This document shows, one piece after another, positions 55,717 through 64,000 of a stretch of 64,000 nt of DNA (within the stretch, counting starts at the first letter, position 1; each line of letters starts with the position of its first letter). Made by a program: the position numbers and the translations under genes. The stretch comes from an uncultured Thermoproteales archaeon (GTDB taxonomy: Archaea; Thermoproteota; Thermoprotei; Thermofilales; B20-G17): contig CBDUMD010000008.1 of the NCBI GenBank assembly GCA_965368245.1, positions 380 to 64,379 of the forward strand, read 5' to 3'. Under the pieces are notes generated by a model that had not been told where the DNA came from, ran no database searches, and saw only the letters and a list, made by a program, of their open reading frames with translations.

Positions 55717-56685
55717 ATGACCGTGTTTAGTGCTGTGGCTTTAGGGGAAATATTGGTGGATCTGATTCCATTTGAGGTTGGAGACTATGTTCATGTAACC
55801 GGCTTCTCCAAAAATTTTGGTGGAGCCCCATTCAATTACGCGGTGGCCTTAGCCAAGCTGGGGCATAGAGTCGGCGCTGTATGTGCTGTGGGAAACGATC
55901 CCTTTGGATCGTTTCTCTTGGAAACCCTTAAGACCAATAACGTGGATACAGGCGGTGTTGTAGTTAAAGACGCTAGAACGACACTGGCTTTCGTGGTTAG
56001 GAAGCCCGGCGGTGAAAGAGAATTCTTCTTCTATAGGAAGCCTTGGACAGAGACAGCGGATTCTCTACTTTCACCTGAGGACATCGACGAAAAGTACGTC
56101 CGTAACGCAAGGATACTGCATTTATCGGGCGTTATTTTCAGCACTGAGCCGGCGAGAAGTGCTGCTTTCAGGGCTATAGAGGTTGCTAAGAAGGGTAAAC
56201 TATTGGTATCATTTGACCTCAATGTAAGGCTAGATCTCTGGAGGAATAAAGAGGAGTTAAAGCAAGTTTACCGGAAAGTGATGAAGGAATCTGACATAAT
56301 ATTGTTGTCAAGCGATGAAACGGAAGTATTGTTTGGCACAAGTAATCCACATGCAGTCATAGAGGCATGTGCAAGGGAGTTCGATCCAAGGATAATTGCG
56401 GTTAAACTGGGTGGTGAAGGGGCTCTGGTATACCGTGGGGACGGAACATATGTTGAGGAGAAGGCTTTCAGGGTGCCTGTCGTCGACACTACTGGTGCGG
56501 GAGACGCCTGGGCTGCCGGTTTTGAGGCTATGTTGCTTGAAGGAAAAAGCTTACGGGAATGCGTTATAGTAGCCAATGCTGTAGCCGCCTTAACTGTCAC
56601 CAAAATAGGTGCCATCACCGCCCTACCCATCCGAGACGAACTTAAAAGGTTCCTAGAGGAGAGGAATATTAGCATAGATCTGTAG
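55717..56685 (+). CDS. PfkB-family sugar kinase (2-keto-3-deoxygluconate kinase/fructokinase-like)
   Basis: 'GGAPFNYAVALAKLG' and 'DTTGAGDAWAAGF' PfkB signatures. I prefer the ATG at 55717 ('MTVFSAVALGEILVDL') to the TTG at 55693. Confidence 0.85.
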   Translation: MTVFSAVALGEILVDLIPFEVGDYVHVTGFSKNFGGAPFNYAVALAKLGHRVGAVCAVGNDPFGSFLLETLKTNNVDTGGVVVKDARTTLAFVVRKPGGEREFFFYRKPWTETADSLLSPEDIDEKYVRNARILHLSGVIFSTEPARSAAFRAIEVAKKGKLLVSFDLNVRLDLWRNKEELKQVYRKVMKESDIILLSSDETEVLFGTSNPHAVIEACAREFDPRIIAVKLGGEGALVYRGDGTYVEEKAFRVPVVDTTGAGDAWAAGFEAMLLEGKSLRECVIVANAVAALTVTKIGAITALPIRDELKRFLEERNISIDL

Positions 56686-56686
56686 G

Positions 56687-57721
56687 ATGGGGGTGGAGTT
56701 TTTGAAGGCTCTGGTGATAGAAAAGCCTGGCCATGTAACGGTAAAGGAGGTTGAGGATCCAGAACCGGGGAGAAGAGAGGTTCTAGTTAAGGTGAAGGCT
56801 TGCGGGATATGCGGAACAGACATGCATATTTTCCGTGGGGAATTAAAGGTAAAGTACCCTGTTATACCTGGACACGAGATTTCAGGAGAAGTAGTGTCCC
56901 TGGGAAGGGATGTAGCATCCTTTAAGACTGGAGACAGGGTTGCTATCGACCCCAATATTTCCTGCGGCGAGTGCCACTACTGTAGGAACGGTATGCCGCA
57001 CTTCTGTGAAAACTGGGAGGCTATAGGAATCCATAGGCCAGGTGGCTACGCGGAGTATGTTGTGGCTCCTGTAAAGAACGTCTACAAAATACCTTCAGGC
57101 CTCTCCCTAGAGGCGGCGGCTTTAGCAGAGCCGGTGGCATGTTGCATCCATGGACAAGACCTCCTGGACATAAAGTTCGGCGATATCGTAGCTATCTTCG
57201 GCTTGGGACCCATAGGATTAATACATTTACAGCTGGCTAGAAGTAGGGGTGCCTCCAAGATCATTGGAATAGACCTTGTCGAAGATAGGTTGCAGATGGC
57301 GTTGGAGCTGGGTGTAGACCATGTCATTAATGGAGGCGACCCCCATCTAGCCGATAAGGTGAACGAAATCACCGGTGGAAGGGGGGTGGATAAGGTCGTA
57401 GAGGCTACTGGAAACCCCATGGTATTGAAACAGGCTATCAGGGTGTCTGGGTATGGCTCCAAGATACTGGTCTTCGGGGTGGCGCCGGAACACTCTGTAA
57501 CAGAAGTTGAACCGTTTTTAATATACAGGAAGGAGTTAACAATAATAGGTTCATTCGTCAACCCCTTTACCATGCAGAGAGCATTGAAAACCCTGGCCTC
57601 CCGGATTGTCGACGCCGACAAGATAATAACACATAAAATAGGTTTAAACGAGGCTCCAGAATACTTTAAGGGGAGACTGGCGATCAGAAAGGCCCTTAAG
57701 ATTCTGGTTGTAGAACGTTAG
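56687..57721 (+). CDS. Zinc-dependent medium-chain alcohol/polyol dehydrogenase
   Basis: 'CGICGTDMH', 'GHEISGEV', structural-zinc 'CGECHYCRNGMPHFC', Rossmann 'GLGPIGL'. Confidence 0.85.
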   Translation: MGVEFLKALVIEKPGHVTVKEVEDPEPGRREVLVKVKACGICGTDMHIFRGELKVKYPVIPGHEISGEVVSLGRDVASFKTGDRVAIDPNISCGECHYCRNGMPHFCENWEAIGIHRPGGYAEYVVAPVKNVYKIPSGLSLEAAALAEPVACCIHGQDLLDIKFGDIVAIFGLGPIGLIHLQLARSRGASKIIGIDLVEDRLQMALELGVDHVINGGDPHLADKVNEITGGRGVDKVVEATGNPMVLKQAIRVSGYGSKILVFGVAPEHSVTEVEPFLIYRKELTIIGSFVNPFTMQRALKTLASRIVDADKIITHKIGLNEAPEYFKGRLAIRKALKILVVER

Positions 57722-57784
57722 CTGAAACCGCATGGTTTTCCACGACACTATAGGTTTTTAACAACCCTAGAGTTAAATGTAACC

Positions 57785-58354
57785 ATGCCTAGGAAACTTA
57801 GGATAGTTCTCGGCATAACGGGTGCTAGCGGCGTCATCTATGGTATCAGGCTACTCGAGACACTTGTAAGCTTCGGGCACGAAGTATACGTTATCGTCTC
57901 CTCGGCGGCTTTAAAGGTCATGGAGCTCGAGACAGAATACACTATGGATTACATACATCAGCTCGCAACCAAGGTTTATGGACAAGACGATCTTACAGCC
58001 CCATTAACGAGCGGTAGCTTCAAGTTCGATGTCATGGTCATAGCCCCATGCAGTATGAACACCCTTGCAGCAATAGCGCATGGACTTGAAAGCAACCTCA
58101 TTTTAAGAACAGCTTCAGTAGCCTTAAAAGAAAAAAGAAAGTTAATCCTGGTGCCTAGGGAAACCCCCTTAAGCATAATACACCTAGAAAACATGTTGGC
58201 TGTAGCTAGGGCGGGGGCAGTAGTCCTACCAGCATCCCCCGGATTCTACCATAAACCAACCAAACTAATGGACCTGGTGGACCACATTGTAGGGAAAATA
58301 CTGGATCAACTCGGCATAGAACATAATTTATATAGGAGATGGGAGGGTGGATAA
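57785..58354 (+). CDS. ubiX: Flavin prenyltransferase UbiX
   Basis: 'LGITGASGVIYGIRLLE', 'APCSMNTLAAIAHG', 'LILVPRETPL'. Confidence 0.85.
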   Translation: MPRKLRIVLGITGASGVIYGIRLLETLVSFGHEVYVIVSSAALKVMELETEYTMDYIHQLATKVYGQDDLTAPLTSGSFKFDVMVIAPCSMNTLAAIAHGLESNLILRTASVALKEKRKLILVPRETPLSIIHLENMLAVARAGAVVLPASPGFYHKPTKLMDLVDHIVGKILDQLGIEHNLYRRWEGG

Positions 58355-58501
58355 GTCAGCTGGGGAGACATAAAGGTTTATCCACTGTTACTTCATCGTA
58401 TTCTAGGCACATAAAGGAAGATTATGGAACATTCTCCGTAGAATACACCCTACTTTACTAATAGTTATAAATCTTTAGTACTATTCTATATTGGTGTTTC
58501 C

Positions 58502-59914
58502 TTGGAGGATGTAAACGTGTTTCCTGACTGGGTTGAAGGACTTGTTGAACGGTATTCAAGTGAGGCAGAGTTTCTTGATGTAAGGATATCTTATGGTAGA
58601 AACCTGTTTTTAAGCACCGAGAACGGTAAGTTGAGGTCTCTGGATCAAAGGAGGGGTGTTAGTTTAGGAGTCAGGGTTCTCAGAAACGGTTTCTGGGGGA
58701 TCGCGTCAACGGATATCCTGGAGAAGGATAGAGTTGAGGAGGCGTTTCGAAAAGCTATTAGTGTAGCGGGGGCAGGTGGCAAGGTTTTTCCAGGAAAGGT
58801 TAATTTATCATGTGAGAAGGCCTATAGGGATAGAAAAAGGGTTCATGTCAAGAAGTCGTTTGACCAGATGAATATCGAGGATAAACAGAGGATGATTCTA
58901 GAGCTTGATAGAAGAATAGGTGGCGTCGATAAAAGGATAATTACTACAAGGGTCGTGTATAGCGAAGGTTTTTCACGTAGAATATACTTGAACAGTGAAG
59001 GAGCTTTTATAGAACAGGTTATCCCTGGCATACATGTATTGCTTTTCTCCATTGCAAGGGAGGCTATGAACATGCAGATGTACTACGCCTCCCTTGGAGG
59101 AGAGAAGGGTCTCGAGCTTCTGGATGAAGCCGATTTATACACAATGGCCGAGAACGTCGGTAGGGAAGCTGTGAACATGCTTGCAGCCAAGAGTATTAAA
59201 GGAGGCTTCATGCCCGTGATCATGGACGGCAGGGTTGCAGGAACATTCGCCCACGAGGTTTTCGGGCATGCGGCCGAGGCAGATAATGTGGTTAACGCTA
59301 AATCCTTTCTAAGTGGACTGGTGGGCAGGAAGATAGGGTCAGACGAGATAACGATAGTCGACGACGCAACTATTGAAGGAGCATATGGATCTTACTTTTA
59401 CGACGATGAAGGCGTACCCTCCCAAAGAAAAGTCTTGTTGGAGAAGGGTGTGTTGAAAGGATACATGCATAGCCGGGAAACGGCAGGGGTATTCGGCGTT
59501 AAATCTACTGGGAATGCCAGGGCGCAGGGCAGTTCAAGTAGAATATACGTCAGGATGTCGAATACCTTCATTGAACCCGGGGACTGGACCCTCGAGGAGA
59601 TGGTGGAGGACATAGACTATGGGGTTTACGTAACAGGGGCTATGGGAGGTATGGAGGATCCCATTGGGGGCGGATTCCAGGTTTCAGCACTTAAAGCCGT
59701 TTTGATAGAGAAAGGGGAGATGAAGCACTTGCTGAAAGCGGTGACCATTTCTGGCAAAGCCCTGGAAATCCTGAAAAACGTGGATGCTGTGGGAAAGGAT
59801 TTCACCCTGGAGCCGGGTTTATGTGGCAAAGGATATAGTGGAGACAGGGTTCCCGTCACGACCGGCGGGCCTTCTGTAAGGGTTAAAAAAATGCTTGTGG
59901 GAGTAAGCAGGTGA
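58502..59914 (+). CDS. tldD: TldD-family metalloprotease
   Basis: 'HEVFGHAAEAD' (HExxxH), 'GNARA', and the C-terminal 'GxC'-type region 'GLCGKG'. TTG start. Confidence 0.85.
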   Translation: MEDVNVFPDWVEGLVERYSSEAEFLDVRISYGRNLFLSTENGKLRSLDQRRGVSLGVRVLRNGFWGIASTDILEKDRVEEAFRKAISVAGAGGKVFPGKVNLSCEKAYRDRKRVHVKKSFDQMNIEDKQRMILELDRRIGGVDKRIITTRVVYSEGFSRRIYLNSEGAFIEQVIPGIHVLLFSIAREAMNMQMYYASLGGEKGLELLDEADLYTMAENVGREAVNMLAAKSIKGGFMPVIMDGRVAGTFAHEVFGHAAEADNVVNAKSFLSGLVGRKIGSDEITIVDDATIEGAYGSYFYDDEGVPSQRKVLLEKGVLKGYMHSRETAGVFGVKSTGNARAQGSSSRIYVRMSNTFIEPGDWTLEEMVEDIDYGVYVTGAMGGMEDPIGGGFQVSALKAVLIEKGEMKHLLKAVTISGKALEILKNVDAVGKDFTLEPGLCGKGYSGDRVPVTTGGPSVRVKKMLVGVSR

Positions 59915-61242
59915 AAGCCATGTCTTTCGGATATGCAAGGAAAGCCATTAGAGAGGCTATTAACCGGGGCGCCGACCAGGTGGAGGTAAGAATATACCTT
60001 ACGAGGGGGAGAAGAATGCTCCTAGAGAACAATAGACTGACATACTTTGAGGCCCCTGAATACTCAAACGCCGTCATCATGGCTGTAGGCTCCAAGAAGA
60101 TAGGTGTAGCCAGGTGCAATGGCTTGAACGAGAAAATAATCCTCGATACGGTGGATAAAGCCGTTGCATCCATGAAGGCGGCTGCACCCGATCCGGACTT
60201 CGAGACCCTTCTACAGTACAGTGGACCCTACCCTACAGTCGAGGTATACGATAAAAGGGTGGTGGAGGTGTCCAGCGAAGAGCTCGTTGAAATATGCCGT
60301 GAAGCCGTGGAAACCGTGAAGGAGAACCATGGGACAATAGCTCAGGGAGAAATATACCTGGGGGAGAGGGAGGAAATCCTATTGAACAGTGAAGGTGTTG
60401 AGGCTAAGGGTAGATCAACACGCATAGACTTCAATATAACCCTCTACGTTTCATCGGATACAAGCTCATCTGAAGGGTTTATTAGGCGGGGACGCAGGTT
60501 CCTGGAAGACCTTAACCTAAGAGAAGACTTGGAAAAACTCTTGGAGCAGACCAGGTTAACCCTAAATCCTAGAAAGGTGGAGGGAGGGGTTGTCGACGTC
60601 ATACTGGGGCCAGATGCCGTAGAAGACCTTTTCCTGGGTCCTTTATCCGTGGCGATAAATGGGGACAACATCAGGAAAGGTAGATCTGCGTTTCTAGGCA
60701 AAATCGGAGCTGAAGTAGCCTCTGCAGGCTTCACCTTGATCGACGACGGACTCCTAAACCGTGGCTACAGGTCTTCACCCTTCGATGGAGAAGGATATCC
60801 TTGCAGAAGGAAAATCGTCATCGAAAAAGGGGTGTTCAAGGAAATGCTTTTAGACAACTACACCGCACTGAAGCTCGGTAGAAGCTCCACTGGAAACGCA
60901 GGACTCACACGTCCACCCCCCTCGGTAACGCCAACCAACCTTATAGTAGCACCGGGTACAGCAACATTAGAAGAAATGATTAGGGAGGTAAGGAAGGGAA
61001 TATACCTGCCTAGGGCGACCGCGACCTTCGTAAACCCTGTTACGGGAGCGTTTTCGGCGGAGCTTAGACAAGCCCTGAAAATAGAGAACGGTGAGATAAG
61101 GGGGCCGGTAAGGTGGGGAATGCTGTCTGGAAACGTCTTTGAAATGCTGAAGAAAATATACTTGATAGGCAAGAAACAGGAAAAACTATCGGATACGATA
61201 ACCCCACCTATCCTGGTGAAAGGAGTAGCAGTAGAGGCGTAA
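59911..61242 (+). CDS. pmbA: PmbA/TldE-family protein (partner of TldD)
   Basis: Same fold family but without the HExxxH motif. 4-nt overlap with tldD. 'STGNAG', 'PTNLIV.PG'. Confidence 0.8.
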   Translation: MKAMSFGYARKAIREAINRGADQVEVRIYLTRGRRMLLENNRLTYFEAPEYSNAVIMAVGSKKIGVARCNGLNEKIILDTVDKAVASMKAAAPDPDFETLLQYSGPYPTVEVYDKRVVEVSSEELVEICREAVETVKENHGTIAQGEIYLGEREEILLNSEGVEAKGRSTRIDFNITLYVSSDTSSSEGFIRRGRRFLEDLNLREDLEKLLEQTRLTLNPRKVEGGVVDVILGPDAVEDLFLGPLSVAINGDNIRKGRSAFLGKIGAEVASAGFTLIDDGLLNRGYRSSPFDGEGYPCRRKIVIEKGVFKEMLLDNYTALKLGRSSTGNAGLTRPPPSVTPTNLIVAPGTATLEEMIREVRKGIYLPRATATFVNPVTGAFSAELRQALKIENGEIRGPVRWGMLSGNVFEMLKKIYLIGKKQEKLSDTITPPILVKGVAVEA

Positions 61243-61291
61243 ATCCCGGCGCCCTCGACGAGTGGATGCAAGGAGAGTTTAAGGGTAACTG

Positions 61292-62386
61292 TTACACGAG
61301 TTTTTGTAGTGCATGTTTTAGCGTTGGGTCGGTTATAGTATAGTATATGTTTCTGCCTTCTACAATCCTGTCTATATAAGATGATTTCAACAGAGTTTTT
61401 AATGTACGGTTGAGCGTCATATCCGGTATCGACCTTTTCTCTACTCTTTCAAGGTAGCTCTTTATTTTTGTCCATGTGTTTTGTCCACGTGCTATGGCTT
61501 TAGCCGTTTCAAGTATTCTCCTGTCTGCCGGTACATGTTTCTTAGTGAATCTCATAAACTCTACCAGAGATAGTCTACCTGCCTCCTCTACAATTTCTCC
61601 AACTATACCTTCTCCCCCCTTTCTTTCAATATACTTTAATCCAAAGTATACGAGCCAGCCTACTATTCCATCCAATTTTTCCACAGCGTTCCCCAACATT
61701 TCCTCCGACACCGTAACGTTATACTGTCCAAAACCTTTTTCCAGGAAATCTACGCTTTCCTCCCTGGTGAATGGTTTAAGTTTTATTTCTTTAAAATACC
61801 TGCCATATAGCGGTGCTTTAGGGTTTTCCACTCCAAGGAAGTCGTAGAGTAACCCGACTTCTGAGCCGCTTAACACGATCTTCAACTCAGAATGATCATA
61901 AAGATACGCCAGCGTTTCTGCGAGTTCCTTCCCTATCGGACCTCTCGCATACTGTACTTCATCGAAGACCAGAACTACACCGTATTCTTCAAGGCTTTTC
62001 AAAAGCGCCGCTAGATCCGCCCTTTTTCTGCCCCATGAAAGATAGACTCCTATACCCAATACCTCTACTCCACTGATTGCCCTTATCTTTTCACGTATCT
62101 TTTTCCGCAGATTCTTATAGCGTTTAAAGAACTGGTTTAAAGCAAATTCTATTCTCTTGTAGAGAGCCGCCCTAGACTGGGAGACCCCCCTTAAGTCTAC
62201 TATAACACTTGGTCTCCCGGTTAACCCTACTAAAATAAGGGAAGTTTTACCTAGACGTCTAATACCTGTAACGACCGTTAAAGGCGACGACTCAATAGCT
62301 AGCTTAAACTCCCTTAACTCTTCTTCTCGGTTGTATAAGTCTTCTCTACGCGTCTTAGGTTTAGGGTCAAAGTATATAACTAACAC
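61292..62386 (-). CDS. Archaeal AAA+ ATPase (Arch_ATPase family) with a C-terminal DUF234-like wHTH
   Basis: 'FDPKPKTRREDLYNREEELREF', Walker A 'GIRRLGKTSL', Walker B 'VVLVFDEVQY'. GTG start lies inside a tandem repeat. Confidence 0.8.
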   Translation of the reverse strand: MLVIYFDPKPKTRREDLYNREEELREFKLAIESSPLTVVTGIRRLGKTSLILVGLTGRPSVIVDLRGVSQSRAALYKRIEFALNQFFKRYKNLRKKIREKIRAISGVEVLGIGVYLSWGRKRADLAALLKSLEEYGVVLVFDEVQYARGPIGKELAETLAYLYDHSELKIVLSGSEVGLLYDFLGVENPKAPLYGRYFKEIKLKPFTREESVDFLEKGFGQYNVTVSEEMLGNAVEKLDGIVGWLVYFGLKYIERKGGEGIVGEIVEEAGRLSLVEFMRFTKKHVPADRRILETAKAIARGQNTWTKIKSYLERVEKRSIPDMTLNRTLKTLLKSSYIDRIVEGRNIYYTITDPTLKHALQKLV

Positions 62387-62413
62387 CCCGTTAGTAAACT
62401 AACACCCCGTTAG
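62378..62413. repeat. Perfect tandem 17-bp direct repeat (period 19) spanning the start codon of 61292..62386
   Basis: AACTAACACCCCGTTAG occurs at 62378-62394 and 62397-62413. On the gene strand each copy contains the palindrome CTAAC-GGGGT-GTTAG. Confidence 0.85.
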
Positions 62414-62440
62414 CTATATTTCTTCCGCAAACTTCTAGAA

Positions 62441-63142
62441 CTATATATCCTTTAAAACAAGTAATTTAGCCAGTTTTTTCAGGTTCTCAGGCACCTCCAT
62501 GCCTTTATCGTTCAGCCACTTTAGGTAGGCTTCATCCACGTTCTTAGATTCAATAATGTAATCGAACATGTAGGATACATAGTTTTTAACGGTGTCTTGA
62601 CTTAAGGTTTCGAGAGATAACTTCTCTGTAGGTGGTATGGGATACTTCCAGACATCTATGACCTCTACGCCATGGATCTTAGGCTGGACCGAGGAGAAGG
62701 TGACGTACCCTTCCCTCAGGGGGATCTTTATCTCGGTTTTGAGGATCCTCCTCCAGGACTCTAGATCCACCTTCCCGGTCACCCTAACCCTGAAAACCAG
62801 CTTTAAAATCTCTCCAGTTAATTGGAATAGCTCCATGGTTGAAGGACCATAACATCTTACGTCGAAGCCAGCTCCAAGCTCGTGGAGGAGCCTAAGTTTC
62901 CCTAGGAGAGGCTCCTCTATCCACGCCCATGACCTAACATAAGACATGCCAGCTCGTTTCACCTTTTCAAGCAACCTTCTCCATTCAATTATACCGTACA
63001 CGAAATCCCTTACATGCTCCTCAATATCCCTTGGATAAGGCAACAACACACCTCTACTCTTCCCCGCAAATCCGGATAAAGCCGTTCCAGCTAGAAACCT
63101 GGCAATCCTTAGCCGGGGTGCCACAAGCACCCAGGCTATCAT
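62441..63142 (-). CDS. Hypothetical protein
   Basis: 233-aa ORF between the Arch_ATPase gene and the AlbA_2-type gene, on the same strand. No motif recognised. Confidence 0.45.
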   Translation of the reverse strand: MIAWVLVAPRLRIARFLAGTALSGFAGKSRGVLLPYPRDIEEHVRDFVYGIIEWRRLLEKVKRAGMSYVRSWAWIEEPLLGKLRLLHELGAGFDVRCYGPSTMELFQLTGEILKLVFRVRVTGKVDLESWRRILKTEIKIPLREGYVTFSSVQPKIHGVEVIDVWKYPIPPTEKLSLETLSQDTVKNYVSYMFDYIIESKNVDEAYLKWLNDKGMEVPENLKKLAKLLVLKDI

Positions 63143-63250
63143 ACTAAAATATAGCTATACCTACTTCTATTAAAATACATCCCCAGTGCATTTTTCTTCC
63201 TGAGAGGAACCAGTTCCCTACAATAATTTATGGAAAAAGTAGCCTCTAAA

Positions 63251-64000
63251 TTAAAGGTGAGTAGCATAGTAGTAGTACCTCCTACCTATCTTCTCCTTCG
63301 CTATCAACCCTCTTTCTTCCAGTTTTTTTAATAGATCTCTAATTCTTCTTTCCGTCAACCCTACTAGTGTTACTATTTCGTCCACCGACCTCTTTTTATG
63401 TAGAATTTCCAGTATTTTTTTCTCGCTTTCGGTTAAAAGCTCCTCCCATTTTTGTAAAGTAAGATACGTGAAGCCTTGTTCCACCCGCCATATTGGTTGA
63501 GGAAGTCTAGCCTTACGACACGCATCTATTATTCTTAGCGTCCCTGTACCCCATTCCTCAAACAGCCCGTAGTAATAGAATGTCTTTGCAAGTAGCGGGT
63601 TTCTGGGTATTGATGGATGATCTTTATACAGGTCTTCCACATCCAACTGCTTTGGTAATGTTCCGGGATTATATATCGTCAAGCTATAGTCTTCTAGTCT
63701 AATGAAGATTGGGGATGTAATGTAGTAGTCCCGGTGTATTAAGGCGTTCACTATCCCCTCCCTTACAGCCTCTAAGGGATACTCCCATACTTCCCTTCTC
63801 TCGAGGCCAGTTACCTCCCACCCCTTAAAGAAATACTGTTTTAAAGTGGCCAATGTCTCCCTTAATTGAGTTATGAGGGGACCTTCTATTACCCTCTCAT
63901 CGATGACTACACCTCTCCGCGTAACCATAATCTTTATTTTAGCATGTGGAAACATTGTTGAGGCATCTGGTGAAAACAGAAGAGCCTGTGCATTTTTCCC
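63251..64000 (-). CDS. Putative ATP-binding transcriptional regulator (AlbA_2 / HATPase_c_4 'RecG-like' family plus C-terminal wHTH), 5'-partial
   Basis: 'REGIVNALIHRDY' and 'EEWGTGTLRI' are typical of this family. C-terminal HTH 'EKKILEILHKKRSVDEIVTLVGLTERRIRDLLKKLEERGLI'. The frame stays open from 63955 to the window edge ('GKNAQALLFSPDAST' precedes the listed Met). Confidence 0.7.
   Translation of the reverse strand, partial: GKNAQALLFSPDASTMFPHAKIKIMVTRRGVVIDERVIEGPLITQLRETLATLKQYFFKGWEVTGLERREVWEYPLEAVREGIVNALIHRDYYITSPIFIRLEDYSLTIYNPGTLPKQLDVEDLYKDHPSIPRNPLLAKTFYYYGLFEEWGTGTLRIIDACRKARLPQPIWRVEQGFTYLTLQKWEELLTESEKKILEILHKKRSVDEIVTLVGLTERRIRDLLKKLEERGLIAKEKIGRRYYYYATHL

Noticed and set aside
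1-64000. Search for CRISPR arrays, tRNA and rRNA genes
   Set aside because: Scanning by eye found no regularly spaced direct repeats, no T-loop (GTTCRAATC-like) or cloverleaf candidates, and no rRNA-like segments. A tRNAscan-SE/Infernal/CRISPR-finder run would be needed to exclude them formally.

Overview
The window reads as a gene-dense (about 60 genes) chromosomal segment from a thermophilic archaeon, probably Thermoproteota (Thermofilum- or Desulfurococcales-like; this is a guess from gene content). Supporting signs are a TrmB regulator, an Arch_ATPase, a four-gene sulfhydrogenase (group 3b NiFe) operon, a UbiA-type prenyltransferase, two VapBC pairs, an IS607-type element, A/T-rich TATA-like intergenic regions, frequent GTG/TTG starts and short gene overlaps.

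By eye I found no rRNA, tRNA or CRISPR array.

Ordinary content:
- Metabolism: PfkB sugar kinase, Zn-dependent alcohol dehydrogenase, UbiX, TldD/PmbA, HDAC-family deacetylase, creatininase-family hydrolase, S9 peptidase.
- Envelope and regulation: MFS transporter, GT4 glycosyltransferase, GbsR-like regulator.

Regions worth a second look:
1. A tightly packed 14-kb surface/membrane cluster (1-14460). It is built from two mirrored paralog pairs, a giant M28-like/FtsX fusion protein, an anchored six-hairpin glycosidase-like protein and TrmB.
2. An orphan RiPP-like module (14565-18152): an ABC exporter with a DUF1854-like tail and an RRE-like radical-SAM/SPASM enzyme, with no annotated precursor. 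Nearby is a DUF2207-like protein ending in a (Cys-Ala)n tail.
3. Three recurrences of the module 'ABC ATPase + ABC-2 permease + C-terminally anchored secreted beta-rich protein'. One carries a metzincin split by a frameshift in a G5 run.
4. A sharp strand-composition switch that is independent of coding orientation. The + strand is A+C-rich on the left and G+T-rich on the right, flanking an AT-rich island (about 25.6-26.95 kb) that encodes a double-wHTH-like protein and a small secreted peptide.
5. An IS607-type element whose tnpB is internally deleted but keeps its structured 3' (omegaRNA-like) region.

All functional calls rest on motif recognition by eye. No database search was run.
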